From the human T2T-CHM13v2.0 reference genome, Homo sapiens: a stretch of 64,000 nucleotides of DNA. Below, piece after piece: positions 1-43,224 of the stretch (positions are counted from its first letter, which is position 1; every line of letters starts with the position of its first letter). Location of the stretch: assembly GCF_009914755.1 (NCBI RefSeq), contig NC_060926.1; one strand, 5' to 3'. Both the position numbers and the translations under genes were made by a program. The notes below the pieces were generated by a model, which was not told the origin of the DNA, made no database searches, and saw only the letters and a list, made by a program, of their open reading frames with translations.

Positions 1-100
1 CTTTATCAGAATTCTCATTTTTTTGGTTCTCTTTGGGAGTAATATTTATAGAAAATTGAAGAATGTGTGCAAATTTAAAAAGTACAATGCACTCTTATTA

Positions 101-147
101 TTATTATTTGTTTGAGACAGAGTCTCACTCTGTCACCACGCCCAGCC
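101..147 (-). mobile_element. Internally deleted Alu remnant
   Basis: Alu tail end fused to Alu head (TGAGACAGAGTCTCACTCTGTCACC-ACGCCCAGCC), flanked by TSD CACTCTTATTATT. Confidence 0.75.
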
Positions 148-220
148 ACTCTTATTATTGATATGGATGATAAATGTAAGTCCTTTAGGGTTTCCCGAGA
201 ATATTCAAATGTGTGGAAAT

Positions 221-549
<329 letters not shown>

Positions 550-799
550 TTAAATACCATCTACTACTGCTGACCTAGGTTCCCCCATATCTCAATAGTG
601 TAGTAGGAGTAGGGTTAGAGATAGGTTACAATGACTTCTGCAGATTTGGCTGAATCACTTATAAACCTTACTAGCAAGATTTAAGATACATTATAATTAT
701 ATATCCTAAGACCTATAAAAATAGGTTATACAACTGATTTAAAGAAAGCCTTATAATATATATAGATGATTCTTTCAGTAAATTGCTCTTACCTTCACA

Positions 800-1418
<619 letters not shown>

Positions 1419-2459
1419 CTAAAACTTAATTTTCTTTATTCAACTTAGCATCCTCTTGCATGTCTGCTTTATTATTCTTGGTGTCTAGTAATTCTACTTT
1501 ATTTGAATGTTTTTAATTTAATATCAGCTCAGATTTATTTGTAGACTTTTCTCTATTACTCTTTTCTTTGCTGTGCTTATGTGTGGGTTTGGAGGTGGTT
1601 TTTTTTTTAAGTAATGCTTACTTTTAATTTAATATGTTCTTTATATTAAAATCATTCTCTGAAAATAAAACAAATGTACCGATGTTGGTATATGTATATA
1701 TTCAGTATTTTGTTTAATATAACATTTGAGTTCAGGTTTTGGACTGAATATTTTTTAAAAGGAAGTTTTTCAGGAATTTGTTTTTCAACTCTTCCTCCTC
1801 AAAAAAACTTTTTTCTTCCTCTGTTATTGTGAAAGCAAGTTGTTTTCATATCTCGTGTTGTTTTTTAGATTTCTAAAGCATATATCCATAGCTATTTTGT
1901 TTCCTTCTAAACAAATGCCCAACAAAGCAAACCACTAGAAGAAATCAGATCCCACAAAGCGTAAGTGCAGAAAAGTAAACTCCCTAAAGACACAGGCTCT
2001 TGGGATTCCACTGGAAGAGCCAAATCCTTAACAGTGTTTGTAAAATACAAATCATCATTTTTGAGCATTTACTTTACGGTCAATTATAAATAAGATCACT
2101 ACGTACCTAAGTTTTTTATTTTTACTTTTTAAATTTTGTCTAAGTTTTAATAACCTCACAGTGAGTCTCATGATGCCAAAGGCAAAGTTTCGTGGTATTA
2201 GCTTTAATTGAGTCAATATGTTCATTTAAAATAAATATACGTGTATAATTCAGTACACAGCTCATTTTCACATTGCCTTCTGAAATTCTATCCCTGCGAA
2301 AGTGAATGGGGATCACTTACAAGATAATCTTAATAGAATTATTTTTATTTTTCCCTTCTAAAACACCAAGTATTTTAGTTTTTAGTATTTTTCAAGCACA
2401 AACAAGAGCATTTATAATAACAGTATATTATTTCTCTGTAATGGTGACAGCCTCTCGTC

Positions 2460-3304
<845 letters not shown>

Positions 3305-3405
3305 TAGGACTATAGGCGGTGCCACCTTCCCACCTTGTCTGGCTCAGGATAAACATTCTTATTATCTGCCAAGAGTTGGGTGATAGAGTATACATGTTTC
3401 ATATC

Positions 3406-4716
<1,311 letters not shown>

Positions 4717-5576
4717 ATATCTATGTCCAAAAATTATCATAGTAGATACCGTACTATGTTACATATCATTGAGTATTTGGAAAAATTTGTTTCCTATTCT
4801 AAAGCTGTATTCTTAGAGGACTATATGGCATATTTCAATACTTTATTCCACAAACGTACCATCTGAAATAATGTAGGCAGAGTATTTGGACTTTCTAAAA
4901 TGAAAATGCCATCTGTTGCCAGAGTCTACTGGACAAATTTGTTATAAGTCGTAGCTATATTAATAATGAACTGTTCAGGAATGGTAAATTCAAGAATATA
5001 AGGAAACAATTGATCAAAGGGAGGCTATTTAAGGCTAGAAACATTTAATGTTAACTGCAGCAATTACAAATATGTCTTACACACTCATTTATGGAGGAAA
5101 GTATCCGTATTTGAATTAGAGTAATAAAGATTTGCTTAAAATATTAAATGGTACACTTTGGACAGAAGCCTAAGGTATGTCAGTTCTAAGAAAACATTGT
5201 CTGTTAGAAAATTGCCTTTTCTCCTAACTTAAATTTTGTTTGGTATGTTTCTTTTTAATCCAAAATGACCACAATGTTCTTGGACAATGCTGCTAAATAT
5301 TCTCTCTCAAGGGCTCCAATCAATGTCTCAAAACATTTCCCAATAGATTCCCACAAAGCTTCCCCTTTGTAAGGGTTTATTCAAGATGTAGAAGACAGCA
5401 CCTACCCCAAAGGCAATTGGAAAACGTAAGACAGCATAGTCCTTTTAAATATTACAGAGAATCAGATGTTGGCAAGGTACACAGGCAGCAGTTACTGGCA
5501 AACCTCAGAAGGCTGGGTCTAGGCGGCCAGTTGCATTTGAAAGCAGCTCTTTCCACGTCACTAATATATTGAAATA

Positions 5577-5878
5577 CAGTAGTCCTTCCATGGTTTCTGC
5601 TGCCCATAGCACAATACAATATTTTGAGAGAGAAAAAGAGAGAGACACAGAGAGAGAGAGAGAGAGACCACATTTACATAGCTTTTATTAGAGTATATTG
5701 GTCTATTACATTATTAGTTATTGCTATCAATCTCTCACTGTGCCTAAATATAAATTTTATCATAGGTATGTATGTACAGGACAAAAACATAGTATATACA
5801 GAGCTCTGTACCATTTGCAGTTTCAGGCATCCACTGGGGGTCTTGAAACATCCCCTCAGAGAAGGGGAGGGACTACCG
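5577..5878. mobile_element. MER44 (Tigger7-family MITE) with (GA)n tract
   Basis: TA-flanked CAGTAGTCC...GGACTACCG termini; GAGACCACATTTACATA and TTTCAGGCATCCACTGGGGGTCTTG motifs. Confidence 0.8.
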
Positions 5879-5988
5879 TACTTGATAATTATGTCGAATC
5901 AACAGCTCATTCACATATTGTAGGCAGAAGAGGGAAAAACTGCTCTAGTATATGAGATGTTTCTTACAAAACCAGAAATGCAAGGTAG

Positions 5989-6737
<749 letters not shown>

Positions 6738-6974
6738 ATTTCTATCACAGAGAATAAAGAATATTCTTCTGATAATGATCTCAAAATATCAGTTATAGTT
6801 GAGACATTAAATTGTTAGATTTTTACTACTTGGGTGGTTCTATTAAACCAAGGTAAATAATGTTTATTTTTCCTTAAGTCTTTCACAATTTACTATGTAT
6901 GTTCAAATCTGTCTTATCTTTTTTTTGGTAAAGCAATCTGGCACTGTCATTTTTAATAGAAATTTTCTTTTTCT

Positions 6975-7727
<753 letters not shown>

Positions 7728-8401
7728 ACGTTAGTTTCTTTAATGGCCCTTCTGCTCACGATATTTACAAATGTCCTTATCTACAGGCTTCAACATCTTA
7801 AAGAACAGAGACACTATGGGTTATTTAATACAATGTGCCGTAACAAGTATTGATTTCCAGTTTGTTTATATTTTAAAGATGTCTGAAAATGTTGACCATA
7901 TAGTTGATATTTTTCTAAGCTTGCAATTATATATTTTTAATTCATTAAAAAAATTAAATCCCCTAAATTAGGTTTAAGCCCATTTACAAAAAGAGAAGGT
8001 AAGTCCCCTTTTACTTCAGATACTAGATCTAACCCAGAATACTGAAAGTTTCCCTAAGTTTATTTTTTATTTTTATCTAATTTATAATCTTTAATCTTTG
8101 TCTATTATATCCTTAAAATAAAGGCTTCTATAACTGCTTTATTTAGTGTATATTTTTATATTTAAAACATTTTACAGTTGCATTATTTAAATCTCCTTCA
8201 TGATTTGCTGCTTTTAGACATTTTTCTTTTTGGTAGGTCTTACAATTAATTGACTTACTTCGTACAGGTCTATAGTTTAGAACAACACTCATCTTTTACA
8301 AACCTGGATTCTATAGCACATTTTTGGCTATTTCTCTGAAGACTATAATTTCTTAATTATGGTCCTTAATTTGGCTCTAGACTAGGATTTTAATTCAACT
8401 T

Positions 8402-8627
8402 CAAATATCCATCAACTGATAAATGGATAAACAAAATGGGGTATACCTATTCAATGGAATATTATTCAGCCATCAAAAAGAATGAAGTACCGATAATGCT
8501 GCAATGTAGATAAACCTAGAAAACAAAATACTAAGTGCCAGAAGCCAGTCACAAAAGGTCATATGTTATATGATTCAATTTACATAAAATGTTCAGAATA
8601 GGCATATCTATAGAGACAGAAAGTAGT
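8402..8627 (+). mobile_element. L1M (L1MB-like) 3' fragment, followed by Alu ~8631-8938
   Basis: AAATGGATAAACAAAATG..ATGGAATATTATTCAGCC..GAAGCCAGTCACAAAAGG L1 3' motifs. Confidence 0.8.
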
Positions 8628-8693
8628 TTAGGCTGGGCACAGTGGCTCACGCCTGTAATACCAGAACTTTGGGAAGCTGAGGCGGGCAGATCA

Positions 8694-9074
<381 letters not shown>

Positions 9075-9309
9075 TTACTTGGTACAAACACCTAGTCCTA
9101 ATGGATCTCCTTAGTTATAAATCCTAGAATAGAAGAATAAATGCAGTAATAGGGATTCAATGAAAACAGAGCTCAAATGGTTATTGATACTGATTTCATA
9201 TGGCAGCTGATCTGGTAGACCAACGAAACTTAGATAGAAGGAGCCCAGTAAGTGCACCCGTTGGTCTGAAGATTGCCTGGAATACTGCCAACCAAGAGTC
9301 TTCAAAATG

Positions 9310-9327
9310 ATCTTGGTGGAACCTCCA
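9310..9327 (-). other. Retroviral primer-binding site (tRNA-Gln)
   Basis: Minus strand TGGAGGTTCCACCAAGAT is a 17/18 match to the complement of the tRNA-Gln 3' end including CCA; the mismatch is a CpG transition; adjacent to LTR-like sequence. Confidence 0.75.
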
Positions 9328-9330
9328 GAA

Positions 9331-10550
<1,220 letters not shown>

Positions 10551-10564
10551 GTGAGTTCTTATTC

Positions 10565-18625
<8,061 letters not shown>

Positions 18626-19254
18626 TAATTCCGCACAATTTTTAAATGATAAGAATTAAACTAATTCTATTTTAGAAAAGAATTAAGAAATTTTAAATTA
18701 ATACAATCACTTAATAAATGCTTATTAAATACCTATTATGTGCCAAGATTTGTGCTAGGCACTGAACTTTGATGTAAGTATATTCTTCTAATTTTATTGA
18801 TGAAGATGTGGTAACTTTAAGCATTTCTCTGGAGGATCTCAAGTCACACAGTGGCACAGCAAGTATTTAAACACTCATTTCTTTGATCCAAAGCTGAGCT
18901 CATTGCATTTACTATAATAATTTGGATTACAGATGAATACTTGATTTTACTAAACGAATTACTATATGAGCCCTTTACATAATGGGCTCCCATAGGACTT
19001 TACACTTTATTTTTCTTACAAGATTCAGTAATAAATCTATCATGAAAGCCATTTTACCACCGTGCCTTGTGCAGGGTAGAGCTCATTACATGTTGATGAA
19101 TGAAAGTAGTTCAAGTAGACTTGTTGTTACACATGGCTAGATTAAAGTTCTCTGTTTTAATTTACTCTTTAAGCTTTACATGGCCTATGTGTAAATCCAG
19201 GAAAGTAATTCATCTTAGAATTATTGTGAGAAATAAATGAGATAATGCTTGCAT

Positions 19255-23314
<4,060 letters not shown>

Positions 23315-23664
23315 TAGTCTTAAACCCAACAGTACGTTATCTCCTTTTGCTAACTGATTTGTTGCTAAAACTTCAACAAGCACTGGACTTGGAGTTTGAA
23401 CACTTAGTCTGAGGGCCCACTATGTTCAGTCTAGTGAGTCTGAGCAATTAACTCACATTTTGAATTTCAAGTCTCTCGCCTTAGGCAAAACACCACCACC
23501 TGATGCTCACCAGAGGGGCGTGACGCGGCAGCTGGGCAGGGAAGGGATGGGAAGGGACGGGAAGGGAGGCGATCGATAACTCCGGTGTGCCGCTGACTGT
23601 TGGATTGGCTCGAACTTCTCCCGCCAGGCCTAACCTACTCCCGCGCACTCCTGGGCCCGCCCAG

Positions 23665-23794
23665 CCGCCATCTTGGTCTAGGAGGGAGCGCGCCGCACGC
23701 GTGAGTAAACAGCCGGAGCCGGGAAAGTCGAGCTCTGGCAGCGTCTGGGTGCTGAGGGGCAGAGGCGGAGAGAACCCTGTCCTGATCTTCCTAG
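23665..23794 (+). other. RIF1: RIF1 exon 1 (non-coding 5'UTR; TSS approximate)
   Basis: Follows the YY1 motif, contains no ATG; candidate donors CTAG|GTGGGA at 23795 and CGC|GTGAGT at 23701; exon 2 acceptor CCTCAG at 24174. Confidence 0.6.
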
Positions 23795-24184
23795 GTGGGA
23801 TAAATATCGGGGTGACAGTGGTAGGCCGCGGGGAACCCTCAGTCTGCCCACCCTCCGCCCCCTCGCGGCGAGATGCCTCGTTCCCCGGGCTTCTCCCGCC
23901 CTCCGCCGATCTCCTCCCTCTGTTGAAAGCTGCCCGGGAAAGTGGTGGCGGGAGCGGGCCCAGGCCCGAATGTGGCGAGGGCTCAGGTGTCTGGTGTCGG
24001 GCGCCGGAGGAGGTTCGCGCTGGGGTTTGGTGATTCGGAGGCCTGGGGTGCAGACGCGGCGTGGCTGTGAGGCCCGGGCGGGCGTGCGGGTGTGAGGGCC
24101 GGACTCACACTGGGCCGCCGCGGGGCTGTTTCCATCGGTCACTGGATTTTCTCCTCTTCCGGTTCGGGCCTCAGGGTGGCCGAC

Positions 24185-24288
24185 ATGACGGCCAGGGGTC
24201 AGAGCCCCCTCGCGCCGCTGTTGGAGACTTTGGAAGACCCTTCTGCCTCCCATGGAGGGCAGACTGACGCTTACCTGACTCTGACCAG
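24185..24288 (+). CDS. RIF1: RIF1 exon 2 coding part (exon starts 24175); MTARGQ...YLTLT
   Basis: tcag|GGTGGCCGACATG; donor AG|gtgagg; 104 nt, phase 2. Confidence 0.96.
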
Positions 24289-25019
24289 GTGAGGTCCGCC
24301 ACGGGGCGTAGCGGAGAGGGGGGCGCTCTATAGTGGGGAGAAAGAAGGTGGTTGGGAGGGGCGCGTAGAATGAATGTGAGTTCTAGAAGTCTAGCAAATG
24401 TGAGGACGCCCGAGTCGCGGACGCCTTGGGGGGCGGGGGAGATGTATTCTAGGTGACGTTCCCGGGTACTGCTGCTGCTGCGCTTGAGGTGTGTGTTTGG
24501 AACGAGGGAGCATGCACGTGTGTTTTGCAAGCGAGGGATTTTTAAAAGTTTCGGTTGGAAGTAGTTGTTGGAGGAGGGGTCTTCAGTGTAAACCTCCGAT
24601 GTGTTGGGAAAATGTGGCTACCCAGAGTTTTTTTAACAGAGCAATACACTGATTTTTATTAATTGCAAAATGCTTCAAAGTAATTTTCATAGAAATGTAC
24701 TAAAGTTTTGTAAAACCCTTTGGAAAGGCTTAGCAAATCGTTAGTAACTAGGAATAGGGATCCCTGTTCTGTCTTTTTGGAGTCAGGTTGTCACAACTTG
24801 CATGTACTCGATGTAAAAACTTATTCTGAGGGTTTTTCTACTTTCATTTCTGATATATATTGCATTATATATTCTGTATACCCTTAAGGACCTTACCTAC
24901 TGGGTCAATTCATTTGCAAGAGTTAGAAAGTAATTTTTAAAAAGATTGTACATGTATTTTTGAGAGTATTTTTTTTTTCCTGTCAACTACTTAAACTTGT
25001 GTTCTTCCTGCTTTTTAAG

Positions 25020-25098
25020 TCGTATGACTGGAGAAGAAGGAAAAGAAGTAATTACAGAAATTGAGAAAAAACTTCCTCGGCTGTACAAAGTTTTAAAG
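25020..25098 (+). CDS. RIF1: RIF1 exon 3 (SRMTGEEGK...YKVLK)
   Basis: ttttaag|T ... AAG|gtatgt; 79 nt. Confidence 0.95.
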
Positions 25099-25139
25099 GT
25101 ATGTATCTGTTTGTTAAACAGTTTTTCACTTTTGGTAGT

Positions 25140-29643
<4,504 letters not shown>

Positions 29644-30322
29644 ATCAAATGAAAAGGGTATTTAAACATGATTGCTGTAAAAAGGGAAACTTTTATTCAG
29701 GCATATGCACTAAGGAATATGCTGAATTGAAAAGTTCTTTGACATGATAAATGTGGGATAATTTGGAACTAAAAGTGGTAATGAAAGCACAGAACCTAAT
29801 GCTTTCCAAGTTTTCAAGTAGTCTGCACTGTTGCTCCATAGTTAGATGATTTCCATTGTAAAGGAAACCCTTATCTTTAGAGAAGGGAAGTTAGGAATAA
29901 AGATGTCAAAGTTGTTACCATCTGTTTTTGAGGGAAAAGCTGCTGCCTGCTCTTTTTTATACATGGAAGTGTTAGCAACCTAAAGCAGGAGTTGTTCATT
30001 TTGGAGCAGAGATGCAGGATTGAAAACATCTTACCAAAAATTGTCTTGTATGTTCAAACCTACAGTGATATCTAGTTATTTCAGTTGCACAAGATATCTG
30101 ATTTGGTGTCTGTTGTTTTATTTTCTCTCAGTATATCCTCCCCTCTAATCTGAATTTTGTGTTTTTGGGAGAAGTTTGGTATCAGCATTGGTTCTCTGAT
30201 CTGTTCTCTGGATATACATTTAATTTTATGATTGATGAGTATATTGTTTTCTCTAGTTTTATATTTGAGACTTTAAAGAGTATCACCTATTCTATACAAA
30301 ATTAAAACTGCTTGTTTTTCAG

Positions 30323-30450
30323 AGGCAAATGCTCTAGAATTGCTTTCAAAATTGAATGATACCATTAAGAATTCAGACAAAAATGTACGTACTAGAGCAC
30401 TTTGGGTGATATCTAAGCAGACATTTCCCTCTGAAGTGGTTGGCAAAATG
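30323..30450 (+). CDS. RIF1: RIF1 exon 5 (EANALELL...VVGKM)
   Basis: ttcag|AG ... ATG|gtgagt; 128 nt. Confidence 0.95.
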
Positions 30451-30568
30451 GTGAGTATAGTTTTTGGGTATGCCATCTTAACTATATGCCAATTAAAAGA
30501 AAAAACTATAATGCCAATAAAAACAGTTCAGGCTTATTTCATTTGTATTTATTTGGTTCGTTTTTTAG

Positions 30569-30663
30569 GTATCCAGTATAATTGATTCATTAGAAATACT
30601 GTTTAACAAAGGAGAGACGCATTCTGCTGTTGTTGATTTTGAAGCATTAAATGTTATCGTAAG
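30569..30663 (+). CDS. RIF1: RIF1 exon 6 (VSSIIDSL...LNVIV)
   Basis: tttag|GTA ... AAG|gtatgc; 95 nt. Confidence 0.95.
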
Positions 30664-31265
30664 GTATGCATTTGGATGTTGTGCAAATTGAAGAATAGTT
30701 TTCATAAATTTAGCTGAAGGAGAGGGTTTTTGGGATTTAAATGAGAGACAGACATTAAAAGGGGGGAATGTCATTTACACCAAACGACTCAAGGACAAAA
30801 AGTAATAGAAAAAAGATGGAAGTAGATATGTGTGGGTTACTAGGTTTTTTGTTTATTTTTACTGGGACCATGTTCAAGGTGAAGTCTTGGTTATGTTCCT
30901 GCTAGTAACATACACAGTTCAGGTTTGAAAAATATCTTAAAGTTTGTGTAAGGATTTAAAAAATAATGTAAACTCATAAGTGGGCTTGGGTTGTTTAGGA
31001 AGGCAATCAGTGTTTAGCAGGGAATAGAGTACCTTCTTCATTTTTGTTGTAACAGGCATGCCAACGCATAAACTCTTTTAAGTGTAAACTCTTTGATGAC
31101 ATTTCTGTCTTCCCTGTTTTTTGTTCTTTAAAATTTTCTTGTTGAGTTACTTGCTTTAACTTCCCCACTGTTGAATGCTCTGATTGATGCTAAGATTATG
31201 TCATGGTTCTCTGGCTATCCTTTTCTATAACAATGATGAATTTAGTAATATAACAATAAGTAATA

Positions 31266-33722
<2,457 letters not shown>

Positions 33723-33949
33723 AAATGTTTCAATCTAAAGACAAGATTGGTTCTTTAAAAAAAATTTACAAAAGCAATAATGTGCAAATTCGTAAAAATA
33801 AGATCTATTTCTTGTGTGTATATGCATATTTGTATATATTCTAAAACAAATGGGCCGTACTGTGTATATTTCTGTTTCACCTATTTTACTGCTTGTTTAG
33901 ACTTAAAACATGAGGTCACGCTAATTATTCATTGATTTCTCTATTATAG

Positions 33950-34139
33950 GCTAATTGAACAAGCCCCAATTCAAATGGGAGAAGAGGCAGTGAGGTGGGC
34001 AAAACTGGTCATACCTTTAGTGGTTCATTCAGCACAAAAGGTACATTTGCGGGGAGCAACTGCTCTGGAGATGGGAATGCCATTATTGCTTCAGAAACAG
34101 CAAGAAATAGCATCTATTACGGAGCAGCTTATGACTACT
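33950..34139 (+). CDS. RIF1: RIF1 exon 7 (RLIEQAPIQMG...QLMTT)
   Basis: tatag|G ... ACT|gtgagt; 190 nt. Confidence 0.95.
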
Positions 34140-34216
34140 GTGAGTGTTCTTTTATGTAAGAATTTTCTGGATACTGCATCGGAAGGTTCTGCACTAAGCT
34201 TAAAATTCAGTCTGGT

Positions 34217-36575
<2,359 letters not shown>

Positions 36576-36708
36576 TTGGGTGGGGTAATATTTTTATTAT
36601 GGAGAAAACTATTTGGTTGAATCAGTTTTTGAAAATTATTCCTAGACTTTGGTATTGGATTTTTTTTTCTAAGAGTCTGTTTGGTAAATTAATTGCTTTT
36701 GTTTGCAG

Positions 36709-36801
36709 AAATTAATCTCAGAACTTCAGAAGCTATTTATGAGTAAAAATGAGACTTACGTGTTAAAATTATGGCCTTTGTTTGTCAAACTACTTGGAAG
36801 G
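36709..36801 (+). CDS. RIF1: RIF1 exon 8 (KLISELQK...KLLGR)
   Basis: tgcag|AAA ... AGG|gtaagt; 93 nt. Confidence 0.95.
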
Positions 36802-36874
36802 GTAAGTGCCCAGTTAATGAACAGTCAACAGTTTTTACATGCTGGACTCTTTATTTTCTTACCTTTTCTTTGTA

Positions 36875-37511
36875 CAGTTGATGCTCATTATTTCCTTTGT
36901 ACAGCTGATGCTCATTATTTCATGCCTACTCACTAAAATTTATTTGTAAATCTGAAACCAGTACTTGCATTGCTTTTGCTTTCATTTGTAGACACCCAAA
37001 GTGGCAAAGAATTGGAGTCACACAACGTGCATGTTTCCAGCTGAGGTCAAGCAAGGTTACGCTCTGCCTTTTTGTTTTAGTTCTCATACCTTAAACAGGT
37101 GTCCTTTTTATAATCCATGTAATGCCACATTTTTCACTTTTCTGTGCTTTTCCTGGTGGTTTCACTGTTTAAATTTGGAACCTAAAGCTTGGGTCCAGGT
37201 GCTTTCTAGTTTGTGTTCCTAAGCAAAGGAAGGCTGTGATATACCCAATGGTGAAAATAAACTTTGTTCAGGCATGATTTATAGAGCTACTGGCTGTGAG
37301 TTTGATGTTAGTGATTCATTTGTATAAAATATCTTCTAATAGACGTTAAGCAGGTTATATATTGAACAGCTGACAAAAGTGTTGTGTCCAGAGAACCTAA
37401 CCCTGTATTTCCCATGGGAGTGATCACTCAGTATTTGCCAATTTAGTGTTCAAGGCTACTTTATATAATAGAAAACCATAACTACTATGAATAATGAGAG
37501 AGAATCAACTG
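36875..37511. mobile_element. MER82-like Tigger MITE
   Basis: TA-flanked CAGTTGAT...ATCAACTG TIRs; GCCTACTCACTAAAATTTATTTGTAA and TTCCAGCTGAGGTCAA motifs. Confidence 0.75.
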
Positions 37512-37557
37512 TATGTTCAATGATTAAGCCAGGTTTTGGGTGGTAGGGGGTGTGCTG

Positions 37558-40860
<3,303 letters not shown>

Positions 40861-41486
40861 TATAGCCTGTTAAGATTATATGTGGTTTATAGCCTGTTAG
40901 GAGCATTCGTGTTGATGTAATTTTTTATTTGTGATGCATTACTTGTCATTTTTCCATTTTGTACTTTATTTTCCTTTTTTTCTTTTTTTTTTGAGACAGA
41001 GTTTCACTCTTGTTGCCCAGGCTGGAGTGCAAACATGATCTCGGCTCACTGCAGCCTCGGCCTCTCAGGTTCAAGTGATTCTCCTGTCTCAGCCTCCCGA
41101 GTAGCTGGGATTACAGGCATGTGCCACCACGCCTGGCTGATTTTTGTATTTTTAGTAGAGAAGGGGTTTCTCCATATTGGTCAGGCTGGTCTCGAACTCC
41201 TGACCTTAGGTGATTCGCCTGCCTTGGCCTCCCAGAGTGCTGGGATTGCAGGTGTGAGCCACCGTGCCTGGCCTATTTTTTTTTTTAATTTTTTTTTTTT
41301 GTTTTTTTTTCTCCTGAGCTCATATTTTTCTTTTTGTTTGATAGTATTCCCATTTAAATCTTACATAATATTTGGAAGTAATTCAGAAGTTATCCGGTTT
41401 TCTACCAGCTGTGGTTGCTCATGTCTGTAATCCCAGCACTTTGGGAGGCTGAGGCGGGTGGGTCACTTGAGGTCAGTAGTTAGTCA

Positions 41487-41843
<357 letters not shown>

Positions 41844-41865
41844 TTAGCTGGGCGTGGTAGTATTA

Positions 41866-42006
<141 letters not shown>

Positions 42007-42547
42007 TTATTCAGTTTTCTTGATTTTTATCTCACTTTTACTATTTTTTATTAGCAGATAATACTGTTTTTAAAAAATATTTCTTTTACAGCCATGAAAT
42101 AAGATGTTTCCTTAATTTTCCATTCAGTTTGTTTGAAAGGTTATTTTTATTATTTTCAGGGTTCAATGCCTTTTTTCTCTAATATAATTTTTTAATGTAT
42201 ATTTTGTTTGGTATTGATTTGATAAAGTTTGGGATTTATCTGCTCTCCTAATTTTCTGTTTTAGAAATGTTCTGTGTTGTACATTGTCTGCTTCTTCAAA
42301 CTTTATATATTTTGTGATCTTGAGTTTAGAATGTGTGTTTAAAGTTTATTTTCTTATATTCCTAAGACTTTTAACATATCTAACATTTAACACATCTCTT
42401 TATGTTTTGTGAATAATTTGTCTTTTGTCTCCCCATTAGATTATGAAGTCCTAAGAGCATCTGTTAAGTGAATGAATAAAGGAATGATAGCAATTATTCT
42501 GTTTCATGCAGATAAATAACTTCTTAATGATTTTTTCCCCTTTTTAG

Positions 42548-42686
42548 ACCTTGCATCGAAGTGGGAGTTTCATCAATTCTCTCTTGCAACTAGAAGAACT
42601 TGGATTTCGTAGTGGAGCACCCATGATTAAAAAGATAGCTTTTATTGCTTGGAAGAGTTTAATAGATAATTTTGCTTTAAATCCAG
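42548..42686 (+). CDS. RIF1: RIF1 exon 9 (TLHRSGSF...FALNP)
   Basis: tttag|ACC ... CAG|gtaagt; 139 nt. Confidence 0.95.
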
Positions 42687-42828
42687 GTAAGTAATATTTT
42701 AACAATTTTGATTTTCTGTGAATTTGTTTTGCTTAAAGCAAGATAAATGAAGTTTTTCTGGTTTTTTGGATTTTAAGTTGAAGTTAAGTAACTACTGAAT
42801 TATTTTCATTTTAAGGGAACAGGAATAA

Positions 42829-43224
<396 letters not shown>

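Larger units (their letters stand above)
23500..24540. promoter_or_regulatory. RIF1: CpG island / RIF1 promoter
   Basis: Sharp rise in GC and CpG content; GGGGCGTGACG (GC-box/CRE half-site, ~23515-23525), inverted CCAAT GATTGGCT 23603-23610, E2F-type TTCTCCCGCCA 23616-23626, CCCGCCC 23656-23662, YY1 motif GCCGCCATCTTG 23664-23675; no TATA box seen. Confidence 0.9.

Noticed and set aside
4720-5450. AT-rich stretch with short open frames that looked like a decayed coding exon or env/pol remnant
   Set aside because: The frames I translated contain stops and no protein motif I can recognise; it needs a homology search.
9290-9327. Possible tRNA-Gln gene or pseudogene
   Set aside because: Only the 3' 18 nt (with CCA) match and there is no cloverleaf; better explained as a PBS.
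23587-24530. GC-rich ORFs of 119-191 aa on both strands over the promoter
   Set aside because: Stop-poor CpG-island sequence with low-complexity R/P/G composition and no recognisable domain.
30451-30568. Short intron 5 is open in the exon 5 frame and contains AATAAA
   Set aside because: The 118-nt length shifts the frame to a stop at 30585, both splice sites are strong, and AATAAA is common in AT-rich introns.
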